Origin: Campylobacterota bacterium | GTDB lineage: Bacteria > Campylobacterota > Campylobacteria > Campylobacterales > Sulfurimonadaceae | Length of the DNA: 35,158 nucleotides | Direction of reading: 5' to 3' | NCBI GenBank assembly: GCA_034717975.1 | Contig: JAYEMF010000111.1 | Span: forward strand, 1-35,158 | Part shown: one piece after another, positions 1-7,919 of the stretch | How the letters are laid out: the number at the start of each line of letters is the position of its first letter | Numbering within the stretch: position 1 is the first letter of the stretch | Translations under genes and position numbers: made by a program | The notes under the pieces: model-generated | What the model was told of the DNA's origin: nothing | Databases searched by the model: none | What the model saw: only the letters and a program-made list of their open reading frames with translations

Positions 1-66
1 CTAAATAGTCTTCACTCTTCTCAAATTCCTACTAAAGTACAGTAGATTTTTTCGGTCTGATTTTTT

Positions 67-72
67 TATAAT
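67..72 (+). promoter_or_regulatory. Putative sigma70 -10 box for the retention-module gene
   Basis: TATAAT preceded by T-tracts, about 30 nt before the ATG at 102; AAGGA SD-like motif upstream of the ATG. Confidence 0.5.
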
Positions 73-101
73 GGTTATAGATAAATGAGAAAGGACAGGT
101 C

Positions 102-1250
102 ATGGCAACGGTAGCAGGATATATAAGTGAGATCAACGGGGCTGTAAGTATAGTCACTGAAAACAGTGTGAAGATTTCACCTAGGAAAGGTGATTCGGTG
201 TTTGAGGATGATGTTATCCAGACATCTGGAAATGGCTCTATTATTATCACCATGAAGAGTGGTCAGACAGTTGAGATCGGAGCAGATGAAGTGGTGCAGC
301 TTGATGAGAGTGTCGTCAACGATACTGTTGGAGAGATTGATGTAACCTCAGCCGATATCGAAGCGCTGCAGGCACAACTCGAAGGCGGGGAAGAGCTCGA
401 AGAGACGGCAGCCGGTAACGGGAGTGGGAAAAGCAGCGGATTGGGAAGCGGGGCTGATTACGAGGAGAGGACAGATAAACGTGGAGATGTCGATTCTGAA
501 CAAAACGAAGAGGATGAGGATGAACGTGAGTTTGTGGAAGATACACCTGAAGAGGCTATTCTAACTTCAGAGGAAGAGGGAGAGGAAGAAAAAGAAGAGA
601 TCATTGACGATGACGACGACGATGACGACGACGATGATGACGACGACGATGATGACGACGACGATGATGACGACGACGATGATGACGACGACGATGATGA
701 CGATGATGACGATGATGACGATGACGACGATGATGACGATGATGACGATGATGACGATGATGACGATGACGATGATGACGATGACGGCAACAAAGGTCAT
801 GGGAACAATCTTGACGGTCAAGATGACAACAATCCCGGTCAGGGAATCGGCGGTCCAAACGAAGAGCCTAAAGATGGAGAGGATGAAGACGAAGGTGCTA
901 TAGGCAACCAGGATGATGACACCCCGGGTGTCGGAACCAATGAAGCCCCACCTCTACTTGGAGAGGATACTCCGATCACCGTAATTGATTATAAAAGTCT
1001 GGAAGGCAACAACAATAGCAAAACGCTGACAGCCGATGATGTCGAAAGTATGCTTGATGATGGCAGCAACGAACTTCTCATCGAACTGAATAATGAAGAC
1101 AATAACAAGGCGCTTGAACTTGATGGTGATGGCTGGGCCCTTGAGAGTGCAGGCAATGAATACGACACCTATTCATTTGAGAGTGACCCTGCCATTGTTG
1201 TCCAGATCGATAGTGATATTGATGTCGATATCGATACCGACTCCGTATAG
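102..1250 (+). CDS. Small retention-module (LapA/BpfA-type N-terminus) putative T1SS surface protein with poly-Asp tract
   Basis: N-terminus GDSVFEDDVIQT...IEALQAQLEGGEELEETAAG resembles the retention module with a TAAG LapG-type site. 60 consecutive Asp. The acidic C-terminus (LTADDV..NELLI..GW..YDTY..VQIDSDI) resembles T1SS adhesin ends. Confidence 0.75.
   Translation: MATVAGYISEINGAVSIVTENSVKISPRKGDSVFEDDVIQTSGNGSIIITMKSGQTVEIGADEVVQLDESVVNDTVGEIDVTSADIEALQAQLEGGEELEETAAGNGSGKSSGLGSGADYEERTDKRGDVDSEQNEEDEDEREFVEDTPEEAILTSEEEGEEEKEEIIDDDDDDDDDDDDDDDDDDDDDDDDDDDDDDDDDDDDDDDDDDDDDDDDDDDDDDDDDDDDGNKGHGNNLDGQDDNNPGQGIGGPNEEPKDGEDEDEGAIGNQDDDTPGVGTNEAPPLLGEDTPITVIDYKSLEGNNNSKTLTADDVESMLDDGSNELLIELNNEDNNKALELDGDGWALESAGNEYDTYSFESDPAIVVQIDSDIDVDIDTDSV
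606..785 (+). repeat. (GAY)60 coding tandem repeat = poly-Asp
   Basis: 180 nt of only GAC/GAT codons, built from GACGACGACGATGAT and GACGATGAT sub-units. Confidence 0.97.
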
Positions 1251-1292
1251 CTCTCTGAAGAGAGACAGGTGCATACTTGCCTGCCTCCCTAA

Positions 1293-2456
1293 TCAGACAG
1301 GAGTATCTTTGAGTGTATCGGTATAAGTGTTATATTGCATCATAGCACTCATAGCATGCTGGAGATAATCGATCCTTACTTCTGTAGCACGGCGGTTGAA
1401 TTTTTTTGATTCGACACTGTTTCCGCCTATTTTATCGATCGCCCGGGGCATCGCCCCGATAAATTTTCCCTTTTTTATCTGTGCCCGGATCAAAAAAGCG
1501 ATACCGCGTGTTACAGAGGAGACAATGCGTTCTCGAATCTCATGGTTTTTGGGTAAAAATGTCAGTGCTGAGAGCAGCCCCTCTAAACATACGGCTGTCG
1601 GCGTTGTCTTTCCATCATTGGAAAAAGCTCCTTCGGCCCTTGGGTACTCCAAATCATCGACCTGGGTCTGAAGCATGGTTTCACAGATCTGCAGGGAGTG
1701 ATTGATTAACAGTGGTCTTGAGAGAGCAATAGTACTATCGTGTTCCAGCAGCAGGATCTTTTCAGTGGCCAGCAACGCCCAGTGATCAGGTGGTACAGCA
1801 GTGCTCTCTTTACGGATTCGAGCCAGATACTCCAGCCCTTTATACGCTGATATCAGCCAGATATCCGATTTCTCCTTTTCATAAAGCATCAACAGCCCCA
1901 ATGCGGCTTCTCCGGGGTAAAAGAGTGAATTCCACTTATCCTGCAAACCTCCCAGAGAAGGAATATATTTGGCATAAAAACTGCCCTCTTCCTTTTGCAT
2001 ATAGAGAATGGATCTGCCAAGTGCCTGCAAAGTGGGCAATGGTGTGAATCCCGGAAATATCTTCTCTATATTCAACAGTGCTGCGAGTCCAAGGCCGGTA
2101 CCGCCAAGTTTTATTTGAGGGGGATGGGCAGTTCCATTTACTTCAGGGTCACACCAGACAGAAAGCATATTTTCCTTCCCGGGCAGAGTGGAGAGAGCCT
2201 CGTCCCGAAGGTATCTTCCGGCACGTTCAATAGCAGATTTCATCTCTTCATCAGGGTGCTTTACATAATAGGTACACATAGCGTAGATGGTGCCCGCATG
2301 CCGCAAGAGGTTGTATCTCTTTTTTACCCTGACCGCAGGGTCCATATTGATGCGATAGGTAAACATCCCATCACTTTTGGTTGCCTTCACCAAATAACGT
2401 GCAGAAGCCTTTATCGCATCTTCCACTTCTTCAAAATGCAGCGGTGTCGATTTCAT
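1293..2456 (-). CDS. Uncharacterised protein, probable alpha/alpha-toroid (six-hairpin glycosidase/prenyltransferase-like) fold
   Basis: 387 aa ORF with helical repeats and motifs YNLLRHAGT, KLGGTGLG, MQKEEGSF, FYPGEAAL, RIDYLQH. The fold is inferred. Confidence 0.6.
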   Translation of the reverse strand: MKSTPLHFEEVEDAIKASARYLVKATKSDGMFTYRINMDPAVRVKKRYNLLRHAGTIYAMCTYYVKHPDEEMKSAIERAGRYLRDEALSTLPGKENMLSVWCDPEVNGTAHPPQIKLGGTGLGLAALLNIEKIFPGFTPLPTLQALGRSILYMQKEEGSFYAKYIPSLGGLQDKWNSLFYPGEAALGLLMLYEKEKSDIWLISAYKGLEYLARIRKESTAVPPDHWALLATEKILLLEHDSTIALSRPLLINHSLQICETMLQTQVDDLEYPRAEGAFSNDGKTTPTAVCLEGLLSALTFLPKNHEIRERIVSSVTRGIAFLIRAQIKKGKFIGAMPRAIDKIGGNSVESKKFNRRATEVRIDYLQHAMSAMMQYNTYTDTLKDTPV

Positions 2457-2484
2457 GATTGAGAATCCTTCCTGCTGTCAACTG

Positions 2485-2541
2485 CTAAAGTGTCACCGGT
2501 TTGGTGCCAAACCCGCCCATAGGCTGCGGTGCATCCTCAAA
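2485..2541 (-). repeat. Diverged duplicate of the mutS2 3' end
   Basis: 46/57 nt identical to 3310-3366 by hand alignment; encodes FEDAPQPMGGFGTKPVTL* versus MutS2 FEDAPQHMGGYGAKLVTL*. Confidence 0.9.
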
Positions 2542-2569
2542 AGGTAAATTTCCCTCCAGAAACCGCTGT

Positions 2570-3274
2570 TTACTCCACATTCATATACGCCAGATCATCA
2601 CTTTTATTTGAAGCCCTCTTTTTCAGTCCGCTGCTCCAGGCATCAGCCAGCATCTCCAAAGCTAAAAGCTTTTCTACGCTCTTTCCATGCTGATCCGGAT
2701 CTTTAAACGCTTCATTAGCCTCTTGGACGGTCACTCTCACCTCCGGCCTGCTCATAAGTTCGACCTCATCCCCTTTTTGAAACAGCCCCTCTTGCAACAC
2801 CCGGTAGTACCAGCCGGTTTTCCCGGTATCAAAGATCTCTTTTGTAAAGTTTTTATTGCCCCATCGCCTTGAGATCTTCCAACAGGGCTTTCTCGGCTGA
2901 GAGACCTCCAAGATAACAGACCCTATTTTATGGACATCCCCAATACAGACATCTCTCTCATCAATACCGTCAAAGGTAAGGTTTTCAGCCAAAGCCCCAA
3001 AAGGCAGACTATCTGCTTGTAAAAACTCCTGCCAGCCTTTATAGTTGAGAAAACTGTTTGCGAACACAACTTTATCTACGCCGCCATGATGCACGGTATC
3101 GGCCACCGCATCGCCTGCAATGCCATCTTTTGTGACCTGAACCTTTCCATCGACGGGATTTTTACAGGAGGCGGTGGTGTACTCCCTGGTAAGAAATTCT
3201 TTACTGGACTTATCCCCGCTTACAGCTACTTTACCGACCTGGACAGATAATAGTTTCGCTATTACATTCATCAT
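2570..3274 (-). CDS. MOSC domain protein (YiiM-like)
   Basis: Motifs HHGGVDK, GALAENLT, VSQPRKPCWKI, GWYYRVLQEG. Confidence 0.9.
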   Translation of the reverse strand: MMNVIAKLLSVQVGKVAVSGDKSSKEFLTREYTTASCKNPVDGKVQVTKDGIAGDAVADTVHHGGVDKVVFANSFLNYKGWQEFLQADSLPFGALAENLTFDGIDERDVCIGDVHKIGSVILEVSQPRKPCWKISRRWGNKNFTKEIFDTGKTGWYYRVLQEGLFQKGDEVELMSRPEVRVTVQEANEAFKDPDQHGKSVEKLLALEMLADAWSSGLKKRASNKSDDLAYMNVE

Positions 3275-3309
3275 TTAACCTCATATAATTTAGGGAACCT
3301 CTAAAAATT

Positions 3310-5520
3310 CTAAAGCGTCACCAGTTTCGCCCCGTAGCCGCCCATATGCTGCGGGGCATCTTCAAACTTCTTCACCTTTGGATGGGCCGTAAGAAAGTTT
3401 TTGACCGCATAGGCGAGCTTCCCCGTACCGATGCCGTGGTAGATGATCACCTCATCCCACCCTTCTACAAGTGCGTCGGAGAGGAACTTGTCCATCTTCT
3501 CCTCGGCCTCCTCGGCACGCAGACCATGCAGGTCAAGTTTCAGACCGCTTCTGGTCTCACGCTCTGTCTTGATCTGCACCTTTGGGCGTGCAGGCAGTTC
3601 GCCGGAAGGCTTGAGTTCATGCAGCTTGACCCGCAGACGCATCCCCTCCACTTCGATCGTCGCCTCTTTGGCTTTCAGTGAGATGATCGTAGCACGCTGC
3701 TTACGATATTTGACATGCTGGCCGACTTCAAAACGATACTGGGCCTGTGCCTTAACCTTCGTTTCCTCTTTTGGAAGCAGCTCTTTGGCCTTGTTCATCT
3801 GACGATGGATCGAAGCCGTATCTTTCCCCTTTGCCGCCTCTTTGGCCTCGTTGATCGCCTGATCGTAGGCATGCTGCAAGGCACGTTTATGCGCATCGAG
3901 TTCACGGGTCACGCTCTCTTTGGCCTCTTTGAGTTCACGCTCTTTTGTTTCCAGCCCTTCGAGCTTCTCATCGATCACCTGGTTTTTGCGTTTCAGGTCT
4001 CGTTCAAGCTGGGAGCCGCGTTCGATCAGGAGGTTCAGCTTCTCATGCTGTTCGCCATAGACACTTTTAGCCTGCTCGACGATGCCCTGTCTGATCCCGT
4101 AACGAAGCGCCGTCTCAAAGGCATAGCTCTTACCGATGATCCCCTGCAGGAACTCATACGTCGGCAGACGACGCTCTTCATCATAGACTGCCGCCATCAG
4201 CTCCACATCGTCCCGGTCCGCCATCAAAGCGGCAAGCCGTTTATGGTGGGTGGTGACGACGATCTTCTGCCCTTTTCTGATCAGCTCATCGAGCATCACT
4301 TTAAAGAGTGCCGCCGCTTCATCGCTGTCCGTCCCCAGTTCGATCTCATCCACGCCGATCAGTGCCGAACGGTGTTCAAAAAGTTTGCTGAACTGCAGCA
4401 TACGGCCGGCAAAGGTGGAGATGTCATTGCCCACGTTCTGCGGATCGTCAATGACCGCCTCAATGCGCTTGAAACTGCCGATAGTCGATTTGTGTTTGTT
4501 GATCTTCATCGGGATCAGGTATTTTGCCATCACCGCCGCACTCAAAATCGACTTGAGCAGCATCGTCTTACCACCGGCATTGACCCCGGTGACCATCAGT
4601 ACAGAACGCGAAAAATCGACATTGACCGGTTTGGCATTGTGCAGAGCCGGATGTTCAAAGCCCTCCAGGACGATCTCACTCTCTTTTTTTGCCGCCATAA
4701 AGACATAGTTTTTGGAGCGTGCAAAAAGGACCCTCGCCTGATAGTGATCCAGTCTGTCAAACTCTCTGTCGATAAACCCGATAAACGGCAGAAGCTCTTT
4801 AAATGTGGCCGAAAAGCGTTTAGCATAGGCATAAAAGAGTGCCTCACGCTCCTGTTCGATCGTGCGGATCTTCTCTTTGGTCTTCATGATCGCATCGGGA
4901 GCCACATAAAAGAAACCGGCCGCTGTCCGTCCGACGACACTCCCTTTGAGAACATGGTTAAAGCCGCCGCGTACGAGCATACACTCTTCATCATGGAGAT
5001 AGTGGATCTGCGTATCGACCAGATAAGGGGAGATCTTGGAAGAGAAGAGCAGCCGTTTGACCTGTGCGCTGATATCGTTTTTGTGCGATTTGATCCGCTG
5101 ACCCAGAACACTCAGCTCTTCATCACGTGATTCGTTAAACTTCCCCTCTTCATCAAAGTAGAGCTCGATCTCGTTAAAAGATTCCGGCACCTCGATCTTT
5201 GCCATCCACTCACCGATCATCCCCTCGAACTTTCTGTTTTTGAGATAGTGAAAATAGCGGACGACCTTGATCACTTCAAAGATCTGTTCAAAGCGGAGAA
5301 CACCGCTCTTTTTAAGATGTGACTTGATCGTACGGAAATGGGTAACTTTGGGAGGAGCTTTGAACTCCAGGCGGTCCAGCGCCCCGATGGTGCGGAAATG
5401 ACGCTCCTGATCCCCTTCCATCGGAAGCTGCTGCTCACGACTGAAATAGGCTTTCAGTGACGCCGTATGCGCAGTGAGGTCGAGCTGTTCGATCAGCTCA
5501 TCGAGCCATGTTACCGACAT
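3310..5520 (-). CDS. mutS2: Endonuclease MutS2
   Basis: Walker A TGVNAGGKT, ISTFAGRM, DEIELGTD, coiled coil, C-terminal Smr domain (LDLHG...HGIGTGKL). Confidence 0.95.
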   Translation of the reverse strand: MSVTWLDELIEQLDLTAHTASLKAYFSREQQLPMEGDQERHFRTIGALDRLEFKAPPKVTHFRTIKSHLKKSGVLRFEQIFEVIKVVRYFHYLKNRKFEGMIGEWMAKIEVPESFNEIELYFDEEGKFNESRDEELSVLGQRIKSHKNDISAQVKRLLFSSKISPYLVDTQIHYLHDEECMLVRGGFNHVLKGSVVGRTAAGFFYVAPDAIMKTKEKIRTIEQEREALFYAYAKRFSATFKELLPFIGFIDREFDRLDHYQARVLFARSKNYVFMAAKKESEIVLEGFEHPALHNAKPVNVDFSRSVLMVTGVNAGGKTMLLKSILSAAVMAKYLIPMKINKHKSTIGSFKRIEAVIDDPQNVGNDISTFAGRMLQFSKLFEHRSALIGVDEIELGTDSDEAAALFKVMLDELIRKGQKIVVTTHHKRLAALMADRDDVELMAAVYDEERRLPTYEFLQGIIGKSYAFETALRYGIRQGIVEQAKSVYGEQHEKLNLLIERGSQLERDLKRKNQVIDEKLEGLETKERELKEAKESVTRELDAHKRALQHAYDQAINEAKEAAKGKDTASIHRQMNKAKELLPKEETKVKAQAQYRFEVGQHVKYRKQRATIISLKAKEATIEVEGMRLRVKLHELKPSGELPARPKVQIKTERETRSGLKLDLHGLRAEEAEEKMDKFLSDALVEGWDEVIIYHGIGTGKLAYAVKNFLTAHPKVKKFEDAPQHMGGYGAKLVTL

Positions 5521-5840
5521 TCAGCCGCGCTAAACATCCGGGCGTAGTGTTCGGTACCTTCACGACCGATAAAAGTCTGTGTCCCGACACTGAGGGAGAA
5601 GTTCGTCTTGTTGACATCCATGCCTTCACATTTAACGGTTTTACCCTGATTGTACTCAAGTATAATCGCATTAGTGTGTTTCCGCGCATTATCGCCCATC
5701 ACATTGTAGGCGTACATCCCGCCGATAAGAAGAGCCGCACCTATGCTGATCCCCGTTTTTTGAGTATGGTTCAACTCGGTAAAGTAGTGCAGTGCTGCAA
5801 AGAACACGATAACAACGACAATGCCTAAGATATAACTCAT
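5511..5840 (-). CDS. Hypothetical membrane protein (2 N-terminal TM segments)
   Basis: 109 aa; overlaps the murC stop (ATGA) and the mutS2 start. Confidence 0.8.
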   Translation of the reverse strand: MSYILGIVVVIVFFAALHYFTELNHTQKTGISIGAALLIGGMYAYNVMGDNARKHTNAIILEYNQGKTVKCEGMDVNKTNFSLSVGTQTFIGREGTEHYARMFSAAECR

Positions 5841-7144
5841 TTTTCACCTCTTATCTGATAAGTAATGTCACCGGCACCAAAACCGATGATGATCCCTTCG
5901 TCCAGTGTCTCCATCACCTCATCGTGCTGACAGACATTGACCGCATCGTGATCACGCTTGAGATAATCCGCCATCTGCAGATTATAGCCGCTAAAATGCT
6001 TCTCGAAATCAATAAAGCGCTCTTTTTCACTTGCTGCCCAGACCGGCAGAATCACCAGTTTATCGGCTCCCTCAAAACAGGTCGTAAAGGCTTCCAGATT
6101 ATCGATCGTTCGTGAATATTTATGAGGCTGCCAGATGGCGGTGATTTTCTCGATACCTTTGAGTCGGGCATAGGTCGTAACCGCCTGCATAGTTGCAGCG
6201 ATCTCGGTCGGATGGTGGCCATAATCATCTATCACGACAGTTGAGTCACTTTTAGTGATAATATCAAAGCGTTTTTTGATCCCTTGGTAGTGCAACAGAC
6301 GGATACGCACCGCCTCAATATCCATACTCTGAACGGCCGCCAGAATAGCCAGTGAAGCATCGAGGGCAATATGCTCGCCAAAGCCCCAGACATCAAATGT
6401 CCCAAGGTCTTTTAACGTAAAACGGGTATAAGGCTCATCATCGATCAGGACATACTCTACACCTGTGATATCTCTGCTTGGATAGAGCCGGATAGCTTCA
6501 CCCTCTATGCTCTCGAGAAACGGGTCTTCCATATTGATGATACGCAGTGACGCCGAGGCAATGAACTTACGGTAAGAGTCATAAAAGAGGTCGAAGTCAT
6601 ATTTATAATACTCCATATGTTCCGGCTCGGCATTGATGACAATGGCACAGTAGGGATTGGAATTTAGAAAGCTGCCGTCACTCTCATCTGCTTCGAAGAT
6701 AAGCTGATCGGTTGTATCGTCATAGCGTACGTTTGAACCGAAGGCTTTTGACTCCGCACCGATGATCGCCGAGCCGTCCATAATAGCCGCCAGAATGGCA
6801 CTGGTCGTACTTTTGCCATGCGCACCGGCAACCGCATAGACCTTCTGTTCATGCAGCAGGTCAAGCAGTGCCTCGCGGCGGGCAAGCACCTTGATCCCCT
6901 GCTCTTTGGCTTCGACCACTTCCGGATTATCAGGCGAGATGATCGCTGAGTGGATGACCAGGTCCTGGGCATCGATCGCTTTTTTATTGTGCGGGATCGT
7001 CACTTCGATCCCTTTCTCACGAAGTGTCTTGACAATGCGGGATTCGGCGATATCCGAACCGCTTACTTCATGCCCTTTATAGTGCATATACTGCGCCAGT
7101 CCGGAGATACCGATGCCGCCAATGCCGATAAAGTGGATTTTCAT
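5837..7144 (-). CDS. murC: UDP-N-acetylmuramate--L-alanine ligase
   Basis: MKIHFIGIGGIGISG, GAHGKSTT, EADESDGSF, DDYGHHPTEI. Start moved from the ORF-track 7162 to the ATG at 7144, which follows an AGGA SD. Confidence 0.97.
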   Translation of the reverse strand: MKIHFIGIGGIGISGLAQYMHYKGHEVSGSDIAESRIVKTLREKGIEVTIPHNKKAIDAQDLVIHSAIISPDNPEVVEAKEQGIKVLARREALLDLLHEQKVYAVAGAHGKSTTSAILAAIMDGSAIIGAESKAFGSNVRYDDTTDQLIFEADESDGSFLNSNPYCAIVINAEPEHMEYYKYDFDLFYDSYRKFIASASLRIINMEDPFLESIEGEAIRLYPSRDITGVEYVLIDDEPYTRFTLKDLGTFDVWGFGEHIALDASLAILAAVQSMDIEAVRIRLLHYQGIKKRFDIITKSDSTVVIDDYGHHPTEIAATMQAVTTYARLKGIEKITAIWQPHKYSRTIDNLEAFTTCFEGADKLVILPVWAASEKERFIDFEKHFSGYNLQMADYLKRDHDAVNVCQHDEVMETLDEGIIIGFGAGDITYQIRGEK

Positions 7145-7299
7145 TTGATTTCCTGACGCCAAAGGAGCAAAGCCCCTCTGGCTACGCTACCGCTTGAGTT
7201 GCTTCGGCAGCAGGCCCGCGTACCTTTTGCACTTTTGGATGATTCGAGACAAACAGTTGCCATTTTAATAATTTGTGACCCTATGGCATACTCCTTCAT
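7141..7299 (-). CDS. Putative 52-aa bridging mini-ORF through a hairpin repeat
   Basis: MKEYAIGSQIIKMATVCLESSKSAKGTRACCRSNSSGSVARGALLLWRQEIK*. The ATG directly follows the upstream TAG; the TGA overlaps the murC ATG (ATGA). Confidence 0.5.
   Translation of the reverse strand: MKEYAIGSQIIKMATVCLESSKSAKGTRACCRSNSSGSVARGALLLWRQEIK
7156..7220 (+). repeat. ACGC-hairpin-CTACG repeat family, copy 1
   Basis: acgCCAAAGGagcaaagccCCTCTGGctacgctaccgct...ggcagcaggcccgcg. Confidence 0.85.
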
Positions 7300-7797
7300 C
7301 TACACATTATCCTGATCGAGATTATCAAGGAGGGTCTGTGCTGCTTCTTTAAAAGAGCTGATATAAAAGGTACCGGCGTTCTGCGTTTCTTCAATATCGG
7401 CGATGGTATTGATAAAATCTTCGAGTGACAACCCTGATCGTGCCGCCCCAAGATGAAGGAGCATAGATCTGGAAAAAGGCTCATCATTAGTCAGTCCCGA
7501 AAGTACTTCGAAGAGTGCCGCCGCATCGATCGCCTTACCGGCACTGTAATGCTCTATGGCATACTCGTAGAGCGCACGGACTGTTGCGAAGTCCTGTACT
7601 TCGGTCATATCCATCCGGCGTGCCGCTTCCAAGGCATCGGTTAAATTCTCGAGTGCCAGATCAAGGATATTGGAGTAATAGGCGCTCAGCGTCTTCTCAT
7701 CAAATGTCTCGTGAGCCTCCTGTTCCAGGACATAGAGTCCGGCGATGTCACCTTCGGTCTGTGCCTTTAACACCTTCTCTTTTAACGCTTCACTCAT
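7300..7797 (-). CDS. Hypothetical helical protein
   Basis: 165 aa ORF in the dapC-murC run, acidic and alpha-helical, AAGG SD. Confidence 0.8.
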   Translation of the reverse strand: MSEALKEKVLKAQTEGDIAGLYVLEQEAHETFDEKTLSAYYSNILDLALENLTDALEAARRMDMTEVQDFATVRALYEYAIEHYSAGKAIDAAALFEVLSGLTNDEPFSRSMLLHLGAARSGLSLEDFINTIADIEETQNAGTFYISSFKEAAQTLLDNLDQDNV

Positions 7798-7919
7798 GAC
7801 AGTGCCTTATAAATTATTTGAACACCAAAGGAAGTAATTCCTTTGGTTACGCTAACGCTGTGTTTACTTAGGCAGTAGGCCCGCGCACAGTAAACCGTGC
7901 TTAAACTATTTTCTAACAT
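7794..7919 (-). CDS. Putative 41-aa bridging mini-ORF through a hairpin repeat
   Basis: MLENSLSTVYCARAYCLSKHSVSVTKGITSFGVQIIYKALS*. TGATG overlap with the dapC stop; ATGA overlap with the next start. Confidence 0.55.
   Translation of the reverse strand: MLENSLSTVYCARAYCLSKHSVSVTKGITSFGVQIIYKALS
7822..7885 (+). repeat. ACGC-hairpin-CTACG repeat family, copy 2
   Basis: acaCCAAAGGAAgtaaTTCCTTTGGttacgctaacgct...ggcagtaggcccgcg. Confidence 0.85.

Noticed and set aside
316..903. Poly-Ser, His/Arg-rich, Ile/Val-rich and Met/Thr-rich ORFs
   Set aside because: Alternative frames of the (GAY)60 tract; only the Asp frame has sensible flanking domains.
3715..5130. 471-aa plus-strand ORF and other long antisense ORFs (e.g. 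20408-21091, 27232-27846, 31755-32393)
   Set aside because: Antisense shadows of clearly identified genes, with no recognisable motifs.
7145..7162. MASGNQ N-terminal extension of MurC from TTG 7162
   Set aside because: It starts inside the repeat; the ATG at 7144 has an SD and gives the typical MKIHFIGIGG start.
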